A DNA stretch of 63,797 bases, the filler included, from Octopus bimaculoides (taxonomy: Eukaryota): NCBI RefSeq assembly GCF_001194135.2. It is 4 parts of 4 records of this genome, joined end to end, with 100 filler letters (N's around TTAATTAATTAA, not from the genome) between each part and the next. Parts side by side here need not be neighbours in the genome. Positions count along the whole stretch, not along the records: positions 1 to 25,016 come from NC_069009.1; 3 more parts are not named here. The stretch is one strand, 5' to 3'. The notes below the pieces were generated by a model. That model saw only the letters and a list, made by a program, of their open reading frames with translations, was not told the origin of the DNA and made no database searches. Position numbers and translations under genes: made by a program. Position 1 is the first letter of the stretch. Each line of letters opens with the position of its first letter. Positions 13,407-23,653 of this stretch are shown here, piece by piece.

Positions 13407-13812
13407 GGTGCAGGAGTGGCTGTGTGGTAAGTTGCTTGCTTACCAACCACATGGTCCTGGGTTCAGTCCCACTGCGTGGCACCTTGGGCAAGTGTCTTCT
13501 ACTATAGCCTTGGGGCCGACCAAAGCCTTGTGAGTGGATTTGGTAGACGGAAACTGGAAGAAGCCCGTCGTATATGTATATGTATGTGTGTGTGTATATG
13601 TTTGTGTGTCTGTTTGTCCCCCCAACATCGCTTGACAACCGATGCTGGTGTGTTTACGTCCCCGTAACTTAGCGGTTCGGCAAAAGAGACCGATAGAATA
13701 AGTACTAGGCTAACAAAGAATAAGTCCTGGGGTCGATTTGCTCGACTATAAAGGCGGTGCTGCAGCATGGCCGCAGTCAAATGAATGAAACAAGTAAAAG
13801 AGTAAAAGAGTA
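13407..13812 (+). mobile_element. SINE family A, full-length young copy
   Basis: Near-identical to 14490-14910, CpGs retained, ends in (gtaaaaga) repeats. Confidence 0.9.
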
Positions 13813-14136
13813 AAATAATGGATTAATTAAGTTTTATTTGTGAAATGCTGTCGTTTTGAATTTGTTGTAGAAAGTGGTGAATGTTTTCAGTGGTGAATGG
13901 GTGAATGGGTGGAGGAGCTAGGAATGTGGCCCCGGTGCCTGGGAACCACTGGAGGATAACTTGCAATGAAATAGAATGTTTATTTATTCACATCGTTTTG
14001 GATTATCTCATAGCTTCTTGATTTCACTGATGCGATTGATTATTTTTCAAAGGACATTGTTGGGTAGGTGTGATAGGTCAGACATGGCCCTGGTTATAAA
14101 GTATTTTTTTTTTCCTTGTGTCTTTCAGTTTCCATC

Positions 14137-14233
14137 ATGTCGCAGAAGTGCCCACGGTGTGATAAAGCAGTATATTTTGCTGAAGAAGTGCGAGCCCTTG
14201 GCAAGAAGTGGCACAAACTTTGTTTGAAATGTG
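14137..14233 (+). CDS. CSRP: Cysteine-rich LIM protein (CSRP/muscle LIM protein family), first visible coding exon: [32 protein letters not shown]
   Basis: Acceptor tttccttgtgtctttcAG ends at 14128, ATG at 14137, donor G|GTAGGT at 14234 (phase 1). Encodes the first LIM zinc knuckle CxxC-x17-HxxC. Confidence 0.93.
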
Positions 14234-14248
14234 GTAGGTCACAGTTTT

Positions 14249-14282
<34 letters not shown>

Positions 14283-14489
14283 CATGTCTCTGTATGAATG
14301 TGTGTGTGTGAAGATATGTTGTTTCTGTTCATGTTATGCTTTTGTTTCTATTCTTAACCCTTTTGATAGCGACCTGTCTGAGACAACATAGAACCCCTAT
14401 TTTAACTGTTTTAGCCCTTTTGATACTAAATCACCCTGGACTGCCCCAGGATGATATATGGTACAAACTTCCTATTTTAATGTGAACAG

Positions 14490-14653
14490 CCATAGGAGTG
14501 GCTGTGTGGTAAGTAGCTTGCTTACCAACCACATGGTTCCAGGTTCAGTCCCACTGCGTGGCATCTTGGGCAAGTGTCTTCTATTATAGCCTTGGGCTGA
14601 CCAAAGCCTTGTGAGCGGATTTGGTAGACGGAAACTGAAAGAAGCCCGTCGTA

Positions 14654-14700
<47 letters not shown>

Positions 14701-14910
14701 GTGTCTGTGTTTTTCCCCCAACATCGCTTGACAACCGATGCTGGTGTGTTTAGGTCCCCGTAACTTAGTGTTTCGGCAAAAAGGGACCGATAGAATAAGT
14801 ACTAGGCTTACAAAGAATAAGTCCTGGGGTTGATTTGCTCGACTAAAGGCGGTGCTCCAGCATGGCCACAGTCAAAAGACTGAAACAAGTAAAAGAGTAA
14901 AAGAGAGAGT
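14490..14910 (+). mobile_element. SINE family A, full-length copy in CSRP intron
   Basis: Aligns along its whole length with 13407-13812. Confidence 0.9.
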
Positions 14911-15157
14911 ACACTAAAACCTTCCATTAAAATTTCATGTTAATTTTCCAAATTCTAATTTGATAATGATATTATTTTAATAACTTCATTATTACCATAA
15001 CAATTGCAGCATGGAAGGTGTTTATAAGCCATTTAAGAAACATTCAAAAACCGTTAGATTCACTTCAACATTTAAATTTAATTTGCCAAAATATTTTCTT
15101 CACTTTGAGACCGCAACCTGTTCACTCACAAAATGCAGGAGATGCAGCATGGAATTT

Positions 15158-15357
15158 TTTTCTCTCAATAGCAATGTTCCACCTTCGAATGAGAGCATGC
15201 ATCGCTGCCTCATAAAATTCTGTTGGCTGTTCTTTGAGCCACTTCTTCCCTACAGTTTTCACTTCCTCGTCACTGGAATAATCTTGACTCTCAAACTCTC
15301 TTTCATGGGGCCGAAAAGATGATAGTCTGAAGGCGCTAAATCTGGTGAGTGTGGAGG
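15158..15357 (-). mobile_element. Mariner transposase 3' fragment, minus strand (PPHSPDLAPSDYHLFGPMKESL...KKWLKEQPTEFYEAAMHALIRRWNIAIER)
   Basis: Translation of the reverse complement gives the mariner SPDLAPSDY motif and C-terminus. Confidence 0.85.
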
Positions 15358-15584
15358 TAGTGAAGAAGTGGCTCAAAGAACAGTCAACAGAATTTTATGG
15401 GGCAGGGATACATACTCTCATTCGAAGGTGGAACATTGCTATTGAGAGAAATGGTGACTATGTTGAGAAGTAGGGATGTGATCCACAGAGGACCAGCTTC
15501 ATTTTGATGTATGATACATGTTCCTGTGTTGGTAAATATACCTGTCCTAAACAAAATGGCAATACTTTTTGACTTTCCCTCATA
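15357..15584 (+). mobile_element. Mariner 3' end, plus strand (KKWLKEQSTEFYGAGIHTLIRRWNIAIERNGDYVEK*) with right TIR and TA
   Basis: Ends ...acttttTGACTTTCCCTCA|TA, the reverse complement of TA-TGAGGGAAAGTCAAAAAGT, a mariner-type TIR. Confidence 0.85.
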
Positions 15585-17149
15585 CTTTATAGCATATTAT
15601 GGTTGCATAATGAAATACCATGTTCCTACAAGTCATAAATATTAACATACCAGTTTCCAGGAATGCATTTAATATATAAAATTGGTATATCCAATACCTA
15701 TACTCAGTTATGTAGAGGCACATGGCCTAGTGGTTAGAGCAGCAGACTTACGGTTGAAGGATCGCGGGTTCAAATCTCAGACCATGCAATGTGTGTGTTT
15801 ATGAGCAAAATATGTAAGCTCCATGTAGCTCCGGCGTAATGGGGAACTTCTGCTAGCTCTTCTACTATAACTTTCTTTCACTCTTTCTTCCTGCATCTAG
15901 CAGCTCACCTGCGATGGACCTGTCCAGGTGGAGAACCTATACGCCAATGAAACTGGGAAACCGGCCCTTATGAGCCTGGCATGAATCAAAAAGGAACAAA
16001 CAAACATACTCCGCTATATATAGTGGCTATTTAAGCAATGAGTTCAAGAATGATTAATGGGTTAGATGGGCACTGATGAAGGGGCAAAAATGTCTGAAAT
16101 ATGGATATACGCCTATTACCCTTTTTTGACCTTCAGTTTCATTGTTTACATCTGACATCCTGGATACAAAACATCACAACAAATATCAGTACTGGGTACA
16201 ATTTCTATAGACTATATGAAGAGATAATCTTAACAAGTGATGAATCGAAGATGGTTACAGATGAGAGTGCAAGGTTGGCAATGCACAGCTCTTCTTCAGC
16301 TCTTCTTCACTTTAAACAAAGTCACTAGACTAATTATCAGTCATCCTTAATGATGACTAGCTGGTTCTTATTGCTCTGACAGACAACCATGTGTAAGAGT
16401 TGCAGTTGTGGCAAGTGAAGGTGGATGAGCTTCGCGTTATATACAGGTGTGTTTGTGGAGCGAGGTAGACAAGTCTTATATACAGGTGTTTTTATGGGCT
16501 GAAATAGATATGATGACAGTAGCAGTTACTTTGTGTCCAAAGATCATGTGAAAGAGTGGCACACCCTCAAGTGGTTATGGAAACCTGCCCTTGACACTGC
16601 AGGAACTTTCTTCCTGCATGTGCGTTGTAGTTTTAGCCAGTTCATGCAGTCCAGTACAACTCTTTAAACTTGAGAATCTGACCAGTGACTCAGCAGGCTA
16701 AGGTGTCCGTGATGACCAGCAAACTGTAGGTTTTACATTAGAGTGGCCTTCTCCAAGGTGAATTGCCTTAAAGAGCTGGAGAGCTCCACCAATGTTGGTG
16801 TTGTTGCAAGGGAGTCAAAGTGGGTACTGGACTACAAGAGGGACCCCACTCCCAGATTTTCTGTTGGGGTTGATTCTCTGAGACTTATCTTTTACCGAAG
16901 CATTCACAAGGTAGTGAGGGTTTGCGTCAAGGAGCTTCTACCATAATATGTTGATTAATCCATAGCTGGGACCCTAACATGCATAACTGCTCTAGATCAG
17001 TCAGAGTAGACTGGAGAACAATAATAGCTGAGGGGTTGTTCCACAATCCTCAAAACTCTAGAACAACTGAATCAAGGCCCCACTACCAGCTGAAGTTTAA
17101 AACCATATCCAGAACATATACATGAATGCTAATTACCCCATAGCCGGGA

Positions 17150-17777
17150 CCCTGACTACTTGCGATGAAAAGTGGATTCTGTACAATGATAAAAAGTGCT
17201 CTTCGCAGAGGTTGGACCAAAATGAAGCACCGAAAACCTTCCCTAAACCCAAGCTCTTCAAAAAGAAGGTTATGGTGACTGTTTGGTGGTGTACTGCTGG
17301 ACTCATCCACTATAACTTGTTAAAACCTGGAAAAACCATTACTGCAGAAACACATTGCTCTGAAATTGCCGAAATGAACAAAAAATTGCTACTCTTCCAT
17401 CCCAGACTGGTCAACAGAAAAGGGCCAATCATTCTTCATGACAATGCTTGATCACATTTCACTAATGACAATCCAAAAGTTGAGGGAACTTGACTACAAA
17501 GTTCTTCCCCACCCAGCTTATTCCCCAGACCTTTCTCCTACCGACTACCACTTTTTCAAGCACCTTGATGGTTTCCTGCAAGAGGAGGAGTTCAAAATTC
17601 AAACCGATGCTGAAAGTGCATTCAAAGAGTTCATCAACTCCAGATCTTTATGTTACCGAAATAAACAAACTTGTAACTCTTTGGCAAAAATGTTAATTGT
17701 AATGGTACTCACTTTGATGAATAAAACTTCCGCATTGTTGAAATATTTTGTGATGAATTTCATATTTCAAAACATTG
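17150..17777 (+). pseudogene. Decayed mariner transposase 3' half (D,D34D; cecropia/Hsmar1-like)
   Basis: TCDEKWILYND, VMVTVWW, HDNA*SH (stop plus frameshift), LPHPAYSPDLSPTDYHFFKHL and C-terminal INKLVTLWQKC..NG..FD. 34 residues between D2 and D3 after frameshift repair. Runs into a gap before the TIR. Confidence 0.9.
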
Positions 17778-18048
17778 NNNNNNNNNNNNNNNNNNNNNNN
17801 NNNNNNNNNNNNNNNNNNNNNNNNNNNNNNNNNNNNNNNNNNNNNNNNNNNNNNNNNNNNNNNNNNNNNNNNNNNNNNNNNNNNNNNNNNNNNNNNNNNN
17901 NNNNNNNNNNNNNNNNNNNNNNNNNNNNNNNNNNNNNNNNNNNNNNNNNNNNNNNNNNNNNNNNNNNNNNNNNNNNNNNNNNNNNNNNNNNNNNNNNNNN
18001 NNNNNNNNNNNNNNNNNNNNNNNNNNNNNNNNNNNNNNNNNNNNNNNN

Positions 18049-18368
18049 GGTGCATGGCTTATTGATAAGGTTGTTGGATTCATGATCATAAGATTGTGGT
18101 TTCAATCTTGGACCGGTTGATGCATTGTGTCCTTGAGCAAGATACTTTATTTCACGTTGCTCCAGTCCACTCAGCTGGCAAAAATGAGTTGTACCTGTAA
18201 TTCAAAGGGGCCTGCCTTGTCACATTCTGTCATACCGAATCTCACTGACAACTACGTTAAGGGTATGCATGTCTGTGGAGTACTCAGCCACTTGCTCATT
18301 AGCTTCATGTGTAGGTTTTTCTGCTGATCAGATCAGCTGGAACACACTTCGTTGTAACTGACAGTGCC
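18049..18368 (+). mobile_element. Family-B-related SINE
   Basis: ggtgcatggctta..gataagg head, ccttgagcaagatactttatttcac domain and B-type 3' part. Related copies at ~15715-16005 and ~32839-33030. Confidence 0.7.
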
Positions 18369-18649
18369 ATATGTTGTGTATCGCTTACCTTGGATGAATT
18401 TAGAAGCTTCAAGAGAATTTACCTATTTTGGTTTTGTATTTGGTTTGCAAGATTCTTTATGTGAATTTGTGTGTTGAAACAAATTTTGTTGTGTCTAGAA
18501 CGGGAAATGGTGAACTGAGGTAAAAATGAAATTCTTGGGGTTAATGATGACATAAAATTATATAAAAAATGTGTTTCTTGTCACGACAGAAATTTCTCTT
18601 TTGGCAGCCCTGTATCTGTCCAATATAATGAATGTCTAAGTAGATATGT

Positions 18650-19028
18650 GGAGGCGAATGGCCCAGTGGTTAGGGCAGCGGACTCGCAGTCATAGGATCG
18701 TGGTTTCAATTCCCAGACCAGGCGTTGTGAGTGTTTATTGAGCGAAAACACCTAAAAGTTCCACAAGGCTCCGGCAAGAGATGGTGGCGAACCCTGCTGT
18801 ACTCTTTCACCACAACTTTCTCTCACTCTTACTTCCTGTTTCTGTTGTGCCTGTAATTCAAAGGGTCAGCCTCGTCACACTGTGTCACGCTGAATATCCC
18901 CGAGAACTACGTTAAGGGTACACGTGTCTGTGGAGTGCTCAGCCACTTGCACGTTAATTTCACGAGCAGGCTGTTCCGTTGATTGGATCAACTCGAACCC
19001 TCGACGTCATAAGCGACGGAGTGCCAAC
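18650..19028 (+). mobile_element. tRNA-derived SINE family B, full-length with TSD
   Basis: Head ggcgaatggcccagtggttagggcagcggactcgc...ggtttcaattccc. Direct repeat AAGTAGATAT at 18638-18647 and 19029-19038. Near-identical to 7598-7973. Confidence 0.9.
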
Positions 19029-19719
19029 AAGTAGATATATATGTAAATAGATTCAGTATACCTTTTGAATTCAAAGAATCTATGGTTTTCTTCCATCAAA
19101 TCAAGCAGTTAATGTTGACATAAATAAATATATTTTGGGGTAATTGATTAAAAAAGTTCCCCGACCCCTGTTCTAGGGAGAGTCATTATGCCAATATTAT
19201 TAACACATGCACAGGTTCAATTCTATTCCTTTATTATTAGTCACTTGGTTAAATATCTGACTAACAATTGATTAGTTACTTGGATATTTAACTAATGGAC
19301 TAATAATAAAAGAGTGGAATTGGATCAATTTGTGTGTTAGTTATTTGGCATAATGCCTCTTCCTAGACAAACCAGAATTTACTAACAATTTGTAGATACA
19401 TCTTATTTCTTTATGCAACTATAATATACTATAAAGTATATTAAATGTTTTTATAAGTCAATACCATGTTCTACTACATTAGCAGTGTGCTTTTACATAA
19501 TTTGTTTAGGTTACTTTTAGACTTTCTATATGTAAATTGGTATCTCCAATAACTTTGCACCGCTATGTGTGGTGGCTGTTTAACCCTTTTGATACCAACC
19601 TGGCTGAAACCAGCTCTGACTCAAAGTACAAATGTCTTGTTTTCATAAGTTTTGAATTAAAATCTTCCACCAAACCTTAGTCACAATTTATGTTCCTAAC
19701 ACTACCTTAACACAGACCC

Positions 19720-19763
<44 letters not shown>

Positions 19764-19807
19764 CCCAGTAGGCAGCGCGTCAGTCTCATAATCGTGTTTC
19801 AAATATG

Positions 19808-19965
19808 ATGGGCTTCTTTGAGTTTCTGTCCACCATATCCTCTCAGAAGGCTTTGGTGAGCCTGAGGCTATAGTAGAGGACACTTGCCCAAGGTTCCATG
19901 CAGTGGGACTGAACCTGGAACCATGTGGTTGGGAAGCAAACCTCTTACCACACAGCCATGCCTGT
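19808..19965 (-). mobile_element. SINE family A 5' half, minus strand, in CSRP intron
   Basis: Reverse complement of head through gaagcccatc. Confidence 0.85.
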
Positions 19966-20369
19966 ACTTGTGTGTGTGTGTGTGTAAATAACCATTTATG
20001 TATTCATATATGTGTAGGTGACTGTGTATATGTGTGTCTGTGTATACATACACATGTACATGCTCACTGGCTCTCTTTCTCTTCCTCTCTCTTTTTTCTC
20101 TCCTTTTCAGTTGTTTGTGTGGGTGTGTGTACTGATTATTTTTGTTGTCGTTGTTGTTGTCATCTCCATGCTTATTCTGTTTCTTTGTCCCTGATAATAC
20201 TTCCTCGCACCCAGCCCACACACTACCATCCTCTGTCACCACCCTCACCTGAAATGAATTTTTAAAATTTTCTTCATGAAAAGAATGTTTTCTTAACGGA
20301 AATGCTTTTGGTCAAACAAAGCAAGTTACGTATATGTGAATAACACACGGTATGTATATGTGTGTATAT

Positions 20370-20495
20370 GAATACATGACGTGTGTGTATGAATACATGA
20401 CGTGTGTGTATGAATACATGACGTGTGTGTATGAATACATGACGTGTGTGTATGAATACATGACGTGTATGTATGAATATATGGCATGTGTGTAT
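20370..20495. repeat. 21-bp minisatellite (gaatacatgacgtgtgtgtat) x~6
   Basis: Four exact units, one single-mismatch unit and one degenerate unit. Confidence 0.9.
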
Positions 20496-20527
20496 GTATA
20501 CATGATTGTGTGTGTGTATGAATATGT

Positions 20528-20763
20528 TTTTTGTTTCTTTATTGCCCACAAGGGGCTAAACATAGAGGGGACAAACAAGGACAGACAAAGGGATTAAGTC
20601 GATTACATCGACCCCAGTGCGTAACTGGTACTTAATTTATCGACCCCGAAAGAACGAAAGGCACAGTCGACCTTGGCGGAATTTGAACTCAGAACGTAAC
20701 AGCAGACGAAATACCACTAAGCATTTCGCCCGGCGTGCTAACAATTCTGCCATCTCACCGCCT
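20528..20763 (-). mobile_element. tRNA-derived SINE family C, full-length young copy
   Basis: Reverse-complement head aggcggtgagatggcagaattgttagcacgccgggcg...gagttcaaattccgcc; tail ...agccccttgtgggcaataaagaaa. Confidence 0.85.
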
Positions 20764-21089
20764 TTTGTGTGTGTATGAATATGTTTTTGTGAATGGATGT
20801 TGTGTATGAATACATGTGGGGATGGAAGATGTGTGTGTGTGTGTGTGCAGTAAACAAGAAGACCAAGATGGTGCAAATATGTGATTTATACAGAAGTTGT
20901 TAGCTGGTCAAAAAAAAAAATTGCCCACTGGTCAACACAAAAGGACCTTGAGGTAGAGGAAAACCAAGAAGTAGCAGTAAGTGATAAGAACTACTAATAA
21001 CAAAAGACTTCAAGAGAAAGTTGGTTCAACTTAAGGGGAAAAAACTATAATGGTTTCTGATAGAGCAGCTGATGAGGGGTTATCTGACC

Positions 21090-21652
21090 TGTCTGTGCTT
21101 GACCAGTACTTATTTCATCAAACCTGAAAGGTTGAAAGGCAAAGTCAACCTTGGCAGAATTCGAACTCAAACAGAGCAACGGGCCAAATATCACAAAGTA
21201 TTTTATCCGGCATGCTAACCATTCTGCCAGCTAGCTGCCTTTTATAATAATAATAATGATAATAATAATGGTTTGAAATTTTGCTACAAGGACGGCAATT
21301 TTGAGGGAGGAGATGAGTCGATTACCTCAACCCCAGTGTTCAACTGGTACTTATTTTATTAGTCCTGAAAGGATGAAGGTGCTAAGCTTTTCGTCCGGTA
21401 TGCTAACGATTCTGTCAGTGTGCCACCTTAGTAATAATAATAATGGTTTCAAATTTTGCCACAAGGGCAGCAGATTTTTGTGGGGAGGGGATGAGTTGAT
21501 TATATCGACCCCACTGTTTCACTGGTACTTAATTTATTGACCCCTAAAAGATGAAAAGCAAAGCCAACTTTGGCGGAATTTGAACTTGGAACGTAACGAT
21601 GGACGAAATTGCATTTCGTCTGGCACACTAATGATTCTGCCAGTTCACTGCC

Positions 21653-21687
<35 letters not shown>

Positions 21688-21805
21688 TAATATTAACCAG
21701 AATGAAGTAGATTGACAAATTTATTTTTTGAACCAGTGGAAGACACGCAAGATGTCGAAATATTGTTCACGAGATAGCAAATGGCACTCTTCTTTTAATT
21801 TTGAT

Positions 21806-21840
<35 letters not shown>

Positions 21841-21912
21841 TTGAAATTTTGCCTCAAGGGCAGCAATTTGTGGGGAGGGGTTGAGTCAATTACATTGACC
21901 CCAGTGTTGAAC
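21090..21912 (-). mobile_element. Cluster of four family C SINE copies (~21090-21243, 21270-21430, 21443-21653, 21838-21912), all minus strand, separated by (AAT)n
   Basis: Repeated aaattttg..acaagg.cagcaa...ggggagggg..gagt.gatt...cga.cccc and aggcaaagtc.acct.ggcggaatttgaact blocks. Confidence 0.8.
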
Positions 21913-22010
21913 TGTACATCTCAACGCTTTCTTTTCTCTTTTTTTCTGTTTTCTGCTGTCTTCAACCCCCAAATACTGGACTCTCCTACCATGACCATCA
22001 CCACATTCAG

Positions 22011-22176
22011 CTAAATGCAACAACCTGCTGGACAGCACCACCTGTACTGACCACAACAACGAAGTCTACTGCCGGGCATGTTATGCTAAGAACTTTGGTC
22101 CAAAGGGCTACGGGTTTGCTGGAGGAGCATCAGGACTTTCCATGGATACTGGGGACCCGGGTGAGGTCACACGGAA
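22011..22176 (+). CDS. CSRP: CSRP/MLP coding exon 2: (A)KCNNLLDSTTCTDHNNEVYCRACYAKNFGPKGYGFAGGASGLSMDTGDPGEVTR(K)
   Basis: Acceptor cacattcAG ends at 22010, donor AA|GTAAGC at 22177. 166 nt, phase 1 in and phase 2 out. Completes LIM1 and contains the CSRP glycine-rich FGPKGYG motif. Confidence 0.95.
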
Positions 22177-22184
22177 GTAAGCAC

Positions 22185-22749
22185 ACTCCATCTCTCCTCT
22201 CTCTCTCGTTTTGGCTCTGTTTCTCCTCCTTTATCCTTTTTCTCCTCTCTCTCTCTCTTCTCCCTTTCACTTTTCTCTCCCCCCCCCTTTCTCTTCTCTC
22301 TTACTCTCTCTCCTCTCTCTTCCTCTTTCTCCTCTTTCTCCTCTCTCTTCCTCTTTCTCCTCTCTCTTTCTCTCTCTTCCTCTCTCCCCTCTCTTTCTCT
22401 TCTCCTCTCTCTCTTCCTCTCTCCCCACTCTTTCTCTCTCTTTCTCTCTCTTTCTCTCCCCTCTCTCTCATCTCTCTTCCTCTCTCCCCTCTCTTTCTCT
22501 CCCTCTCTCTTCCTCTCTCCCCTCTCTCTTCCCCTCTATTTCTCTCTTTCTCTCCCCTCTCTTTCTCTTCTCTCTTTCTCTCTCCCCCCCTCTCTCTCTC
22601 TTTCTCTCCTCTCTCTTTCTCTCTCCTGTCCCTTCTCCTCCTCTTTCCCTCTTTCTCCTCTCCCTTTCTCCTTTATCTGTGACTTTCTTTCACTCCCACT
22701 TTCTCACTCTACTTTCATTTTTTCCATTGTTTCTTTCCTGTCTTTCTCC
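22185..22749. repeat. ~560-nt near-pure polypyrimidine (CT) tract in CSRP intron 2
   Basis: Direct reading. Confidence 0.9.
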
Positions 22750-23527
22750 NNNNNNNNNNNNNNNNNNNNNNNNNNNNNNNNNNNNNNNNNNNNNNNNNNN
22801 NNNNNNNNNNNNNNNNNNNNNNNCAAACATCAAACTTGATCTTCCATTACACACACACACTCACTTCACTCCAACCCTTCCTGAAATGTGCTGTCTCCCC
22901 CCTTCCCCCAACGCCACTCCGTCTCTCCCCCCATGCCACTCCACACCACCCCCTCCACAGCGCCCAACCTCCCTCCATATTCTTCCCAAACCCTAACCCT
23001 AACCCCAACATCACTCCACTCCCTCTGCACTACAACCTGTACCAGTGAGCCAAGAAGGTGGATATGTGCTACAGCCACCACACCACACTACCACACTGTC
23101 TACAATATCACCACCGCCACCGCCGCCATCATCATCATTACCATCAACACCACCATCACCAGTCACCGCCGCTGCCACTTGCCACCACTGTTACCCCCTT
23201 CACCACCACCATCACCACTACCATCAACACCACCATCACCGTCACCACCACCACCACTACAGTCACTGCCCCTTCCACTCTCCATAATTGCCACCATCCT
23301 CACCATTACTATCATCATCATCTCCACTACAACCATTTTGTCTGTTGCCACTACCTCTACCATCATCACCTTTGTCACGGGCACAACCACCAACTTCCCA
23401 CTTTCTTCATCACCACTGTCTCACCATCACCATCCCCAGCACAACCAATTACAACAAACACCCGACCACCCACCCATCCCGGCAACCACACCTGCTGCAG
23501 TATCATCTCTTTGTCTCCTACTTTCAG

Positions 23528-23653
23528 GAATGTCTCCCACCTAGCTGAGGCCCACGCTGCTCCCATCCTCAGCACCAACGGTACGGCAAAACCTCGATGG
23601 GGCGGATGTGACATGTGCCCTCGATGCAACAAGGCTGTGTATATGGCCGAGAA
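23528..23653 (+). CDS. CSRP: CSRP/MLP coding exon 3, truncated by assembly gap: (K)NVSHLAEAHAAPILSTNGTAKPRWGGCDMCPRCNKAVYMAE(K)
   Basis: Acceptor ctcctactttcAG ends at 23527 and the phase-2 join gives AA|G = Lys. Encodes the linker and start of LIM2. The donor lies in the N-run; about 7 codons are expected missing by homology. Confidence 0.92.

Noticed and set aside
18650-18725. tRNA gene at SINE heads (also 7598, 13407, 20700 regions)
   Set aside because: A/B-box-like motifs are present, but the anticodon and acceptor stems do not pair and the sequences continue into SINE bodies.
22989-23005. Interstitial telomeric repeats (also 38094-38112)
   Set aside because: Only 2-3 units within low-complexity DNA; no evidence of a fusion or healing site.
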